NCBI RefSeq assembly: GCF_009914755.1
Contig: NC_060934.1
Origin: the human T2T-CHM13v2.0 reference genome, Homo sapiens
Length of the DNA: 64,000 nucleotides
Strand: one strand, 5' to 3'
Numbering within the stretch: the first letter of the stretch is position 1; each line of letters starts with the position of its first letter. Positions 29,487-46,780 of the stretch are shown piece by piece. The position numbers and the translations under genes are program-made. The notes beneath the pieces were generated by a model, which was not told the DNA's origin, ran no database searches, and was given only the letters and a program-made list of their open reading frames with translations.

Positions 29487-30634
29487 AAATTGAAATTGTT
29501 CCTTATATAAGTAAGAGGAAGACGCAACATCAGTAAGATTTGAGTTGTCAAGGAGGGCTTCTTGGAAGAGGCAACTAAACAGTGACCTGATAAGAGTAGT
29601 AGGAGTTAGGGAGAGTGGAAAGTTTTCCAGGCAAGAATTGGCACTAGTGATGTCAGTAGAAGCCAGATCACACTGTGCCTTGTGAGTACTTTTAGGGATC
29701 TGAATATTCTACAAGCCTTTTTAGAAAGGTTTAAGCTGGGAAGTGACATGATTAGATTTGTGTTTTTGAAAGAACATTGGCAGCACTCAGAGTGGAACAA
29801 GACTAGAGACAGAGATAAGAGATACCACTGAGGAGCCTATTGCTGTTATCCAGGCAAGAGATGATAGTAGCCTGAACAGTGAGATTACCAATAAGATTTT
29901 ACATGAGGCATAATTATAAACAGCAGAGAAGTAACAGAAGTTGCCAGAATATGCTGTTCTGGGTGATGGCTGTTTTAGGCATAGATGATTCAGAGCTGCC
30001 TGAATTTCCTCATAAGTAGAGTTGTCACTCTCCTTCTTAATAGGAAATTGGCACTAGGACCACACTGACCTGTGTTTTAATTTTAAGGATGTATTATTTT
30101 TATTACCGATCTTCAGGTAGTAATGACCCTTAGCATTTTAAAAGTTATTGTTTCTCCCTACTCTTTTCTTTATTTAATTAAGGAAACTCCTTTTTAAAGT
30201 ATTAAGACTCCTTGTAGACTCCTTTCAATTAATTTGTTCAGCATATTAGTTATTACATATATTGTACTTGCTATGTTTATATGTTTCTTGAATAAGTGGC
30301 CATATTTTATGCGTGCTAAATCCCTTTGCCTCTGTCCCCTGCTCCCTACCTAACTTATTATGGGAACATATTAGCCAGTAAGTGATGGTGAGTTCAGACT
30401 TTTGCATGTTGTACCATATTCAGAAATGATTTACACAGACTCTCATTTTGTGTCCCGAGTCAGCTGCTTCCCTTCCCTCAACACAACACACTACCATGTC
30501 TTTTTTACAGTCTCTCTGGAATAAACTTAGAAACCAGGATCTAAAGCTTTCTCTGCATTACAAAAGGAATCATTGCAATAGTTCCTTAAATAGAAATTTC
30601 CCTAATGTATATAAGAAATTGATTTGTACAATCG

Positions 30635-30690
30635 ATATAATTGTACATAATTATCCCATGTAATTTTAAGATAATTATGTACAATTATAT
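30635..30690. repeat. Perfect 21-bp inverted repeat with 14-nt spacer
   Basis: atataattgtacataattatc (30635-30655) is the exact reverse complement of gataattatgtacaattatat (30670-30690). Confidence 0.95.
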
Positions 30691-31172
30691 TATTTTTCAT
30701 ATAATAGTAATGTCTGACCTGGCCAACTTTCAAAAACTATTCTTTAATTCCTTTTGCTGGTCTCTGTTTATATATAAGAACACAAAACATTTTTAATGAA
30801 AATTGAAGCTTTAAACTATCAAGAGCTAGATGATCTTTTTAGTTCCCTTTCCGAACCTCATATTGCATGAAACTAAGAAGTTAAGAATTTAAGGTAGTAA
30901 AAACAACCTATCTCATCAATAATCTGATCATTATTTTTATCTTATAATTCTATCAGGGATTTGTCGTTTAACATTTGAAAGTGATTTCAGTTTTGTGTGT
31001 ATCAAAGTAAAGTAAGAAGTTCCCTACACAGTGGGTAAATAAGTTAATGGTTGGAAAAATGATAATGAAAGCTGACTTGAACAATTTAACTAGACCAAGA
31101 TCACTAGTTTGTTTTTTTAGGAGGCTTATCACTTTTGATTTGATTATTCACATTCATTTATTTAAGAACTAA

Positions 31173-31514
<342 letters not shown>

Positions 31515-32018
31515 TGAATTATGGAAAGTTAATAAGATTTAAGAGAGACCATCCTTGGCCTATCTGCGAATCAAAATGAAAGTCAGACCAAAGGAAATGT
31601 GAATGTAAAGCAACGTGAGGAACACACCATCTAAGAAAAGTGAACTGACTCTACTTTATTATGTATAAATGTTAAGGTTTCAGGGAGAAAGAAAGGATGA
31701 AGCATTGATTATTGGAGAAAAGAAAAAAATGTAAATTAGATATTGGGCAGTGGGGTGGAAAGAGCACCAGACTAGTGGACTTGACCTATTCCTGACCAGA
31801 TGTAGTATTGTGAGTAAAACTACTAAGCACCACCAATTAATACAGGTTCAAAATACTGTCATTTTTTTTCTAATCTGAATGAAGTATCCAACCCTATTTA
31901 TATGAAAATCAGCATTTTCCCTTTTAACTTAAATACCATTTGTAACTGTTTGAATTTTCCTTCATATTCTAACAAAACACTGTAAAAATTATAATAACTG
32001 CTGTTTCTTTTCTTTTAA

Positions 32019-32174
<156 letters not shown>

Positions 32175-33086
32175 TAATATCTTGCTTTTTGTGTGTGGCA
32201 TTTAAAATGCTGAAAGATCTGTGAGCCTCCTACAACTGCCACTCTAAAATATAGAAAGGAGTAACAGTCTTTGACAACTATAACCCAGCCTGTTCTGCTC
32301 TTTTCTTGGTCCTTTCTTTGCCAAGAGGTTATGATGGTATTCTGAACTAGGGAAAGCACAGAACCAGTTCCAATGGCAATAGCCAACAGTTGTGAATTGC
32401 AACCCATCAAAGCTGCTTAGTAACATATTCAGTATATCAAGAGAAGGCAAGTAGCAGGGAAATTTATATGTCATCTAACAAATGAACGTTTTTGAGCTGT
32501 TGCATAGTTACAGTGCTTGTTAGTAAATAATTTTGTTTTCAGCATTTCCATTTTTGTCTATTAAATTGTCTTAAGTTTTATTGCATTTTTACTTTTTACA
32601 AAAATCAGTGGATAATAAATGTTCATGCAGTACTTCATGATGTGAGACCATAAATTTAATATAATTGAGACATAACTGTCAATCATTAAGTTTAACAAAG
32701 GTAGCAAATTCTCAGGCAATGCTAGATGCTCAGGAAGACAAAGTCAGTTCAGTTGTGAAAGTGTGTCCCATTGTGAAGAAAAACAATTCAATAAAAAAAA
32801 ATTTTTTTTAATTCCAGAAATAACTTCATCAAAGATTGCTTCCAGAAGACAAGATGGAGCTAAGGATTTTACATAGTCTTTAGTTCTTAGAATAGAATAT
32901 CTCCCCTTAGACTGCAATTTGAATGTTTGGCTTTTCAAGAAAATATGGAAATAACTATTCCTTTTGTGAGACTTATTGAGAATATTAATGGCAATCAGAA
33001 ATTAGCTTGCTTGATACCATACTCTTCCATACAACAAACATGAGATTGATCTTCAGTTATATAAGTTTTTGTTCTTTCTTTTTTAG

Positions 33087-33314
<228 letters not shown>

Positions 33315-34376
33315 TAAGTTAAAGAATGTGGTTTTAAGAATGATACTAAGATCCTCACAGCACTGACAGAGGCATTTTTGGTTAGACCATCTCCAGGAGA
33401 GTATTAAGTGGATGCTTCTGTTGTATTCTTTGACAAAGAGACCAGCAGGACTGCTTTAAGGATATCCTTTTATTCTTAAAATAAAAGTTCCATCTGTGCT
33501 GAGAGTTTGAGAAAAATACTGGAAATTGGAGATAATCTAATGAACCTTCAAGAAAAAAAAAAGGAGAGGACTCAGATCTGTTTTTAAGTGTACAGACATA
33601 CTGACATACACTACATACACCTGCTCTGTGGGTTGGGTTATTTAGCTTATTGTTTTTGTTTTTTTTTTTTTTTCAGTGATCTTTAGATTAACATGTAACC
33701 TTTGTTTGCCTGTGATGAATCCATTACCAAATAATCTAACAAAAGCTTTAGAAGCCACTTTCTCAAGACATCGAAAATAAGATTGTGGAAGAAACTTAAA
33801 TGAGTTATAGTCAGTTTTTAAAGATATGGACGTGGTTTCTTATAGAATTTTCAAGGGGAAATGTCTATTATAAACTAACTCTTGATGTATGACATTTACC
33901 TGAAAAAAATGCAACAGTTTTTTTCTGAAAAACTGGTAATTTGCACGGTATATTTTTAAAATAAACATAGATTACTATTGCAACATAAATGTCATTTCTC
34001 TTCACGTAGATCTCTGATATAAGATGAATAACATCTTCTTATAGTTGACAATGAAAATTATAAGAAAATGTATATCTAGCATGTTTAAATTTATAAACTT
34101 TTGCTTTAATTTCCTGCCGTCTATATACATTGGACAGTTACTTTAATTCTGCCTCATTCATAAGTGTTGGGTTTTGTTGTTGTCGCTAAGATAAACTTTC
34201 TCTGTGTCTACGAAAATAATCTTGAGGGCATCTAACACATTCTAATTCAAACTAGAATGGCGATTAGTTTCATTGACATAGAACTTCATTATTCTACTAA
34301 AGTCTAAAAATATGCTCTCATTCTATAATTAATATAAAGTTCTTGTGTTTTAATAACAGATTTTCTTATTTCCTAG

Positions 34377-34712
<336 letters not shown>

Positions 34713-36267
34713 TGAACAAATGAATCCAGATCCAACCCCACATTGGCCATTTGCTTTACTCATCAAGAGTCTTTCTTCCCTTTTATTAAAGAACAGTGTA
34801 ACTCACCAAAAGTTACAAGTCAGTTGTTAGCATGATTTCTTGGAATGTGGGTTTTCCTATACCTCATCCCTTATTCTGATCCTGTTCTTCATTCTATTCT
34901 TGTTCCAAAAAGAATCTTAGAGTTAAAAAGTCTGAAATAGAGAAAGTGGAGCCCTCGTATTTAACATCTTTTTCTGTGACTCTTCCTTTCAGTCACTCTT
35001 GGGCATTCCTCCCTTTCTTCTATTTGTGAATCACAGTATGAGCTAGCTCCTTATTTCATTAATCTATGGTAAGGAATCAGTATACTGCTTGCCTTGCAGT
35101 ATGCATTCCAACATCTGTAACCTGGTGGACAAAAATTTTAAAGTGAAATTTTAGTGGTTCAGAACTTCTAAATTACAACTTGTCTCTAATGATATTCCTC
35201 TGTCCTGGTCTCCCACGCTCTTTCACACTTTCTCACTCAATTTTCCATTTCCTTCCCAACTCCTCCTCCTTCATACCCTCTCACACACTTTTCTTTTGTA
35301 CATTACCCAAATCCTGGGTAATTCATTCCTTCTTACCTTCAACTTTCTCAGGGCAGCAGCCACTGGCCTGCAATTATAATATCAACTTAGTGTCTAAACC
35401 AAGAGGATAACGGTATCTTGGTAGACTGGCTGGGAGGAACTGCTGGTTAGTGTTTGGGAGGCTGGTTCTAGGGTGATTGAGTCTGTAGGGAAACCACCCC
35501 TTGTCACTTCCCACAAGGGGGAAGGCTAACCATGTACTAGGACCTTTGGAGCTTGCTTTGTAGACAGAAGAATACTCAAACCCTGGCCACTCCATAGCCT
35601 TTTGTAGGTTCAGAGCAAGTTCTAGACTGCCAATTTAAGTCTGGAAGTATTACATCAGTTGGAGAACATTAATTTTTCTCAGTGTAACTGTAAGAGCAGT
35701 CACTGTTAGAGCAGTGTATTAAATGGTGTCACTGTAGGAGCAGTGTACTAATTTTTAAAATAGGATATTGACAGATTAACATTGGTCTGCATTGTCAGAC
35801 ACACTAATTAATATTGAGTCATTGGGATATAAAATACAGATAGTATTCAAATAAAGTAGTCTATAGAGACTTTATCTAATTTGTCCAAGATATGGGCCCC
35901 ATTTTTATTATATAGTAGCAGATAATTTTCAGGCAATAATCCTAATAATTTAAGGTTTTTGAATATTATAGAGTACATTTGTACACTTATGTTTAAAGGA
36001 CATTTTCTCTTTTGGCTTGTTATTTAGAAACACTTATTTTTAGCCAAATTTTGGTCTGTATAATCTTAAAGAAGTTAGAATATATGCAAGTTTTAAGCCA
36101 AAAAAAAAAAGGCAGCATAAAAGCACCACATGTGTTGTAACTTCACAAATTGTGTGTGTGATATATATGACAAATATCTAAAGAAACATTTTCTGTTTTA
36201 TTTCTAGATTTGGACATTAAAATAGCTCAGTATTATTTTCTTTGTTTGATTTAAAATATAAGAAATT

Positions 36268-36559
36268 GGCCAGGCGTGGTGGCTCACGCCTGTAATCCCA
36301 GCACTTTGGGAGACAGAGGCAGGCAGATCATGAGGTCAGGAGATCGAGACCATCCTGGCTAACACGGTGAAACCCATCTCTACTAAAAATACAAAAAATT
36401 AGCCGAGTGTGGTAGTGGGGTAGTCCCAGCTACTCAGGAGGCTGAGGCAGGAGAATGGCGTGAACCCGGGAGGGAGGCAGAGCTCGCAGTGAGCCAAGCT
36501 CACGCCACTGCACTCTAGCCTGGGTGACAGAGCGAGACTCCGTCTCAAAAAATAATAAA
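36268..36559 (+). mobile_element. AluY
   Basis: AluY diagnostics, small internal deletion; TSD taaaatataagaa(a/g)tt. Confidence 0.94.
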
Positions 36560-37832
36560 TAAAATATAAGAAGTTCTCTACTAATCTCTCTAGCAAAATC
36601 ATGCATTAGATAAAAGATACTCTCTAACCCAGGAATAAACAAAGAAAGCCAAAGAGTTTTAAAGAGAATTTAAAAAGAATTCTTTAAAAGCTTCAGCATA
36701 GAAGTTTTGTACTTATCTCTCTAGATTCTTATCTTTCACCTTCGTACTCTTATTTGACATATTTTTCTCAAATTTGATTTTTCAGTAAACTAAAGCAATA
36801 AACTAAAAGAGACATCAAGAGGACTGATAAAGGCAGGCACTCTGAGTCGGTTTACTTACCCTGAGAACAAAAGAAAGAGACAGAAAAGCTAAAAAGTAGA
36901 CAGCATTTCATCACACTCAGTAGGTGGTCCAGTTTTTGTACAGATGAGTCATTAGAAAATGTTCAGTGTTCTCCATTTACATGGTGGGAAAGCATTTCAT
37001 ATATTTCCCAAATGCTGGCTCTTGAGGGCTGCCACCTTTTTAGGCTGAATGTCTGTATGTGTCTGTGCTTCCCCAGTATGACATGTGTGTTCCTTCTAAG
37101 AGAAAGTCGAGATGAATAAAGACATTTAAAGATGATTTTAATTCTTGAGGGCTTAAAATTTGTTAGTGGTTTATTCGATTTTTGTTATAGATAGTCTGTT
37201 TATTTCTAGGAAGAGTTTTACGTATTATAATGAGATATACAAAATCTCTTGGTTTTTACATTACTTAAGCCCACAGAGAATAGATATGCAATGGTACCTG
37301 TTTCTAAATAAAGTGTGTGTGTATTTTTAAATTATTTTTAGATATTCAATAATTCATTATTAACCAGAAAGTCACTACAGAGTTGCACATACATTTGTAT
37401 TCCCTAGATAAAATTTTATTTTGTAGTTTTTATATCCCTAAAGACTTTCATCTCTTTGGTAAAAATGATCCATTTTCTCAAGTGTCGTATGTTTATTTCT
37501 AAAATTTAATAGGTTTTATTTTTAACTTTAGAGACTAAGGCTTTATAGCCATATTTGCAATATTCAGCTTGATTTTAATAAGAGTAAATGTGTAATTTAT
37601 TTTATAGTATCCAAAGGAAGAACTATAATAATTAGATGTAATAATCATCAGACTGGGAACTTCTAATGAGTGGTCAGTATATGTTATGTATATTTATGTC
37701 CTTCCCACAGACCGCAATGCCTGGCACTTAGAGATTTTTTAATAAATATTTGTCGATCGAGTTTATCTAGTCTTCATAAGATGTTCCCAGTTTTCTACTT
37801 ATCTTATACAGTCTTAATAATTTCATTTTTGA

Positions 37833-38096
<264 letters not shown>

Positions 38097-38230
38097 CCAG
38101 CCAGCTAGCTAGCAACCCATTGCCACCACCTACTGTCTCCCATCCTGACTATCACTGTAATTTAAGGAAAGAAAACTTCAGTTCTGCCTCTGGATACCAA
38201 GATGCCCATTGCTCAGTTCAGACAACTGAT

Positions 38231-38413
38231 ATTAAAATAAAGCTATGCTCCTTACTTACTTCTTTTATTATAAACAAATTCCTTTGCTTTGGCTGATACT
38301 AGCTGAGTCATTGATCATCATTGGTACCATGATATTGTAATCTATGCTGCTATTTGGCACAAGACTGAAGTTCACACTACAGTAGAGAATACTATAAGAT
38401 AATTTGCAATAAA
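38231..38413 (+). terminator. Candidate proximal poly(A) signals
   Basis: Overlapping ATTAAA/AATAAA at 38231-38241 and AATAAA at 38408-38413; usage cannot be shown from sequence. Confidence 0.4.
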
Positions 38414-39760
38414 TACTGATAATAATAATACCAGATATTTTAACTAACTTTTTCTACCTTTATTAATAGCAATCAGCACACTTGAATGTGTAAATTTCAC
38501 AGTAACTTTAGGCAGAACTTAAGCTCCAGGCCACATTTGTATAAGAACACCAAGTATTCAAGGCATAAAGTCTGTTGTAAGCCAAAAAAAAGTCTTTTCA
38601 TCACTGTAGAAGCTTAAGGAGTACATCAGTGGTAAATACGATCTTTATTCTCTTCTGTGGTTTTCTCAGTTGAGATATTTTTAAAAGAGAGTTTTGATCT
38701 ATTTTTATTATAAATTATTTGTTATTTAACATACCATTATGAATGCCTTAAAACTTTGTACAGATAAAGTTGGACATAGAATCTCTAAGGACTGACTCCT
38801 TTAACTGTTTTTGAGTGACTACATTACCAGATAATGAATGAGTCCCCAGAAATATTATGACTTTCAAGGAAAAAGGGACTTTAGGACACATTACTTAGTG
38901 TCTGTGATAAATAATTTATTGTGACAGCTAAATCTGATGGTTACATATCTTGTTTTGGAAATGTACATTTCACTTGTAAGCATTAAATGCAGATTTGTTG
39001 AGTTTAGGTTTTGAGGTTTTTTTCGTTCCCATATTCAGAATTTAAATTATGATCATTTATTGTGATGTTTTTAAAAATCACTTTTAAGCCTTAAAAGTGA
39101 AATTTTCAGTGTGAGGTGCTTTCATGCTATTAATAGATACAGTATATCCTAATATATTAGTCTTCAAAATATTAAGGCCGAAACAGTGATTTAATGATAC
39201 TATTTTTTAATTTTTGTTGTTTTTTATCCCTAAAAAAAGATATTGGAAAGGTTTTTTTTCTATTGTCATAATTTATAACTACTTAAAAGCCTAATCTTGT
39301 TTTCCTTAAGACCTATTCAACATGTTTGTGATTTAATCAGCTTACAAGGGTTTAAAAACATCAGGTGAACCATGTTTATTTATTCAGTAAATATTTATAG
39401 ACAATATGGCATAATATGCTTCCCTTCCCTGTAAAAACAGTGCTAAATTTGAAGTGTAATCTTTTTTAAACATCATTGTCTATTTTTAATTTTGTTTGAA
39501 ATGTAGTATTAGTTTGTTTTATTCATAAGGTTAGCTGAATCTCTGAAGTAAGGATGTATAAATCATGACATTGATTTAATTAGTCATCTACTGAAGCTAC
39601 TTTTAAAGAGAAATATAGATATAAAATTAAAAGGAATCCTGTTTAAAATTATATGTAATTACCTCATAAACCTTTTCTCTCCACAAGCAATCAAAAAAAT
39701 GAAATGTTCTGTAATAAAAGGGTGTATAACATACTCTCTTTTATGAGAATAGGCCTTAGT

Positions 39761-40078
<318 letters not shown>

Positions 40079-42534
40079 TAATCTCATTTGACTTATTATG
40101 TTTCTCATTTCTAGATGGACAGGATGAGAATATTTTGGCCCAATCATTTTCTGTTTAAGGACTTAAACAATTTCACACTCTAAATGAAGTATATACAATT
40201 TTAATTTACTAATTTAGAAATATCTGAGTTTATTTTTCAATATAATATACAAACACAGTGTTTGTTATACATGTTCATGTACAGTGAAAATGCAAAGGCA
40301 TTTTTTAGACTCTATTCCCCTTCATTTGTCTAGACAGTTTTAGGTTAGCCTTAGCTTATACTTTTCTTGACTTTCAAAATACAGTTTTATTGAACATTCT
40401 TATTCTTACCCACTGCCAGTCTGCATTGTTTTTTACATTAAAAGTATTATTTATAGTAGACTAATATGATTTTGAATAAAATCACACTTAAGCAATATAG
40501 ATAGGTTCCTAGAATTTATGACGAGGATAAACCTCTCACATAAGAGGAAGCACTAGAAAGTTTATTTTTAAAACTTGTTGATCCATATTCTATAAGGACT
40601 AATGCATATTTTTTATCTTTTGCTTTTCTTGTTGGATAAATTATTATGTCCAGTGATAGTTTAAAAAGAACAAGATTTTAGTGTAAGTCACCTCACTTGA
40701 AATGCCAGTAATGTGGTATTACACACATTTTATATAATACCTGGAATCTTTGCCCTAAATTATTCTGCTGGTTTGTCGCTATTTTTTTCCTCTCCTCTTT
40801 ATTATTTCACAAATGGTAGAATTTCTTGATATGATTCTTGTAAAGAGTTTAGCTTATCTTGAACATTCTGTCTTAAGCAAATATTTAACAAGAGAAAACT
40901 TTGTAGTTTAATCACCCATAAGTGTAACTTTAGCAAAATTCAATGACTATGAAAAATAATTTTTTTCTTAACTGTTCTAATAATATTTAGTTATAATATT
41001 ATCAAACCTTCAGAAAGTTATAAATCCTAACAGCCAGAAAAAAAAATTTACTATGTGTATATTTATATAGGTGTGTGTATACACAAAGATTAAGAATTAT
41101 TCATGATTCTTTTATGGCCAATATACTTTTGAGCTTGTATAACTGAGATAAGTTACTCTTTGCTTGTTTTTCTGTAGTTGGAAAATTTAGGAAGTTATTA
41201 AAAATACATATCTCTATAATGTAATAGTTTTCTGCCTGCACAAAGTTTACTATTAATTTATGTCTACCAGTTAAAAATACGATAGTTAGATTTGGCATCA
41301 CGTTTAACCACAATCATCAAAATCTACTTAAATTCTATAGTTAACAGTTACATAAGAATATATGCAGAGGGAAAATGTCAATAGTTCTTGTGAATGAAGG
41401 AATTATGGATGTTTTTATTTTAATTCTACTTTGCTGTTTTTTTTTTCTTTTCAGTGAGCAATCTGTTATTTTCAAAATCACGGTGGGGGGAAACCCATAA
41501 AGTTTAAAGAGTTAAAGTTAACTGAATCGTAAGCACTTATATAATAACTTTTTAAAAGTCATTTTTATTACCAGAGCTCAGAACATTGTTTGGAGTCCTT
41601 TGATCTACCGGTTCTCTTAAGTACGTGATTTCGTGAAGATAGCAATGGTTATGGCTTTTTTGTTCTGTTATTTTTATTGTGTAACGTAGTGTAGTGGTTA
41701 AGAGCTTGGATTTTGCAGTAACTTGGATTCTAATCCTTTAAAATGGGGCTGATATACCTGCCTCATATTCAATGAAATATTGTGTGTACAGCACTTAGTA
41801 ATTAATGAAACTGGTAATTATTAGCTTAGTTACTGTAATGATAATTTGGGACCATAAACACATATCACCCTACATTTTCTTTGCAACTACAATTTGTGAA
41901 GGAAAATCTCCCACTAACTATTGGTTATGTTAATATTCTTCATAGAGTTGGGTTCAAGAAGAGAAATGTTTTATAATGAAGCATATAACTATTTTATAAA
42001 CAACATTGTAGTTATAAAGAAGCATGCCTATAGTGTTATTAAAAATTTTTTGTACGACTTTCTGGAGCTACAAGTAATGAACTTGCTTTGAGAGGGTCCA
42101 GACATACTCATCCTGAACCACATTCCTACAACATATGCCCAACAACCTGCACCAGAGTACTTATATCTTAACCAAAAAGTTTCACTTCAATGGTGGTGCT
42201 TCACAAAATCTTCAAAGTGCTTTCATGTGTATTGCCTCATTTGAGCTTCAAATAACCTTATAAATCGGGCAGGTAGATGTTAGTTTACAGAGGAGGAGAC
42301 AGCTTTGGAATAGTGGTGACGTATCTGAAGAATAGAAAACCGGAATAGTGCTCGATGCCTGAAGTGGTGCCTGGCGCCAGCAGATGTTCACTTCTGTCAA
42401 ACAAGGGGAAGTAGTGGTGGAGCCTTTATTCAGGCACGGGTCTCCTCATTCCTAACTCCAAGATGCAGAGGGAAAACGAACTGCTCAATTAAGAGTTCTT
42501 CCATGGACACTTTCTTAAGCCTTCACATAAAATA

Positions 42535-42800
42535 ACAAGAATAATAGATATTTATTGAGTAGATATTTATTGAGTTCTTTCTATTTTCCAGCACTCATCT
42601 ATTAAGTGCTTTTATGTATTAACTCATTTAATCCACACAACAACCTTATGTGAGAAATACCATTTTTCCTTATTTGATTGGTGAAGAAGCACACAGAGAG
42701 GGTAAGCATAATCAAATACACCAGCATAACCAAAATCACACATTTAGCGAGTGGCAGGGCCTGGATGGGAGTCTGTTCAACTCTCTGCTGTATTGCCTCT
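42535..42800 (-). mobile_element. MIR in the 3' UTR (further MIR pieces ~41685-41830 and ~42200-42460)
   Basis: aagtgcttttatgtattaactcatttaatccacacaacaaccttatg; local 15-bp tandem duplication agatatttattgagt. Confidence 0.75.
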
Positions 42801-43210
42801 TAAAGTAGGTTTTCTTAAAACATAAATCTTTCATAACTTTATATATTTATAGTAACTTAATCCAAAGAACCCCAAAAGTACTAGCAATGATTGTTTCTGC
42901 AATTTAAATAAATCCATTTAATTATACAACTTTGCATTATATACTGTTATTCAGACCTTGGAACAGTCTATAATTGTTTGTCAAAAGATTTTATGTACTA
43001 CTTTTTCTTAATTTCAGATATTATCCAGAGTTTTTCTTGGCAGATGGATGTATTAAAAAAATAGCTTTCCAGTGTTAGTTCTCAACAGTGCTGTTTCAAA
43101 AGTTGTTTTAAAAGTTCTAACGGTTGGTCTTCAAAACGTAATTAAGACCTTATCATAAAGAGCCTTTTGCACAGGACTATCTCAAACCCTAAGAAGCTAT
43201 TCATATTTAA

Positions 43211-44040
<830 letters not shown>

Positions 44041-45198
44041 TAAAAGGAATTAAGCAAAATGCTACGTACCAATGATTATGATTCATGATCACCTAAACAC
44101 AGAATGCAGACTTAACTTTTCATTCTTAGTGTGCTAATTAAGTAGTAGTATGGTGCAGTAAGGAATTCTGTTAATTTTGTTATAAACTCCCTCTCCTGAA
44201 ATCCGTAAGGAAATGTGATAATAAGAAAGTGATAATAGTGTCATATTTTAAAAGTAGAATCCACTGTTAAGCACCAAGATTACCTTTTCTTCCCCCTGTG
44301 GCACAGTTTATTTAAATGAAGTATTAGCAATAATCATGTCACTATTTTGTCCTGAATAATTAAGAGTTTGCTTTTTTCCCATGTCTTTGCAATAGGATAA
44401 TATAAAGAATAGTATTAAAAGTCAGAGGCTTTACTAATCTACCTATATGTATTCCATGGCTAACAAACCCTGGCCCCTTTACATATGAGCTCTGGAGGTT
44501 CGCCTGGCTGCCTCAGGCTTGCAGAAGGCTGCCCCAATCACAGAGCCTGGGTAAGGTGGAACAGGAGGCAGCCCCACTCGGCTTTTCTGATTGCATCCCA
44601 CCTGTTTCTGAGTGTGTTGGTTTGGTTTAATTCTTTTCAAGGGTTGGAGTTGGAAAGTGAAAACCCTAGACACTTGCTGTGGAATGTTTGCCTGGTTGTA
44701 TTGGTGTGTCCCTCTTCTTCACTGGCATGTCGCTTTCAAGTGTACCAAAGGACATTTTGTTCTGTTGAAAGCCACAGGACCAAAAGGAAAATATTGCAAC
44801 TATTTGCAAACATACTTCCCTACCTATACAAGCAGCCATATACTAAAAAGCACTAAACAAGCACAAATGAACACTAAATAGCCTTATACCAAAAAGCATT
44901 CTTGTAACTGTCAGGGCATGGTATGAATTCCTTCCTCTTTAAGCAGCAACTTACCACAGGCTTGGTGGCTTTAAGTAATATAGCATTAAGCAAATGGTCA
45001 GTTATTTTTTAATGTTGAAAACTTCCAAGTGTGAATAATACGGACATAGTTTACTACCTTTTGCTTTTAATATACCTGGTTATCTATTTCCATTTGAAAT
45101 AAAATGAAAGGAGACCTCAAACTGATGCTGAGAAGTAGACAAAATCAGCTCTCAGACTTAACTCTCCCCAATTAAAATAGTTTTTTTTTCCCTTCCCA

Positions 45199-45489
45199 TT
45201 TTTTTGTTTTTAAGAGATAGGGTCTTGCTGTGTTGCCCAGGCTAGAGTGCAGCAGTGACATGATCATAGCTCACTGCAGCCTGGAACTCCTGGGCTCAGG
45301 ATCCTTCTGCTTCGGCCTCCTGAGTAGCTAAGACCACAGGTGTGTGCCACCACACCTGGCTAATTTTTTTAAAATTTTTTGTAGAGATGGGGACTTGCTA
45401 TGTTGCCCAGACTGGTCTCGAACTCCTGGCCTCAAGCCACCAACCTCTCAAATTGCTAGAATTACAAGCATGAGCCACCACACCTGGCC
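45199..45489 (-). mobile_element. AluJ in the 3' UTR
   Basis: gatcatagctcactgcagcctggaactcctgggctc; ttgctatgttgcccag. Confidence 0.9.
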
Positions 45490-46732
45490 TGTTATTCCTT
45501 CTTTATCTAATGTGTGCTAAGCTTGTGAAAAATATATGTTGAGGTAAATAGGGCAAAACATTAGTTGATAAATTATGCTAATTAATGGGAAAAATAGACA
45601 TGTTCCTCTCTGAACATTTAGAAGGACTCTGCCCTACAACTATCTTCTGTTTTTAGAATTTGTAGTCACTGTTCTTAGTGCCACTGGAAATATATTCATT
45701 CTTTGAGCATGTACAGGGTGGGCTCCCTGTTGTATTTATTACACTTTTCAAAATGCCAGCAAGTTTTTGTTTGTATAGAGTTGGAATGTATTGTTCGTGC
45801 ATGCCTGTGATATTCATCATCAAAATATACCTGTAAAAAATAAACTACTGCTTCCTCTCCACAGCTTAGGCCTCCCTCTTACTAAAAACAATAGTAGTTT
45901 CTGTAGAAGTTTCAGTGAGAAATTATGGTTATATAAATAACAGATATGGCAGAACAATTTTGTTGTAGTATTTTTTTCCGTAGCATTTCTTAATAATAGC
46001 TCAGTTTTTAAAGGAGGGGAACAATACCCCATGAGTTCAAATTAATTTTCTCTACTTTGAGGTATACCTTCCTAATTATATTTTACATAGGCTGTTTTTT
46101 TTAAGTTTAAATTCTCACTGTTAAGTTGCATTGAGAGACAATTAGAAATGTTGTAATTGTCATATCTTTACATGTGGATTATGAACAAATGAAAGTTTGC
46201 TGTGTGATTGCAGTTTTAAATTATAACATTTCATAAATATGTCAATTTTAGAAACTCAAACTCTTTCCCATCTTTTGTATGGATAAAGTTTATGGTTTCA
46301 TTTCTGAGAATAGAGTTGGTCTGCTGTGCTAACTTCATGTTTCTTATTCCAAAGGCTTGATTATATTTTTTTCTCCAGTGATTAAAAATGCAGCGAAAAT
46401 CCAATCTACAAGTTCATATATTGGTATTTCTAGACATAGTCTAGTTCTAAAAGAATGTACTTGGTGTGCATTTTTAAGTGTTTCATGTAGACAGATTAAT
46501 ATATTTTTGTACAACATTGTATTTCTACATTTATTTCAAGACTGTACTTTTCAGTGACTTTTTCAAGTGCATGTGTTAACAGAAGATTGTTTGGAACGAG
46601 AGTGCAGTGGCTTCTTTACTAGCAAAGAGAAGTGTAATACAAGTGATCATAGAAGGTGAGAATGTGTTTATACTGTATATGGAAACCTAATGCCTCTTTT
46701 CTAAAGCTTTGTACATTTTTTTCGTGAAATAG

Positions 46733-46780
46733 ATTAAATATTTTCTCTCTAAAACCATGTTTCTGTTTTAATGTGCTTTC
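46733..46780 (+). terminator. Distal polyadenylation site
   Basis: ATTAAA 46733-46738; upstream TGTA motifs (~46674, ~46710); A/CA ~15-20 nt downstream; GU/U-rich element tgtttctgttttaatgtgctttc. Confidence 0.7.

Noticed and set aside
44479-44881. Overlapping ORFs in a GC-richer part of the 3' UTR
   Set aside because: No recognisable domain or exon structure; lengths within chance range.
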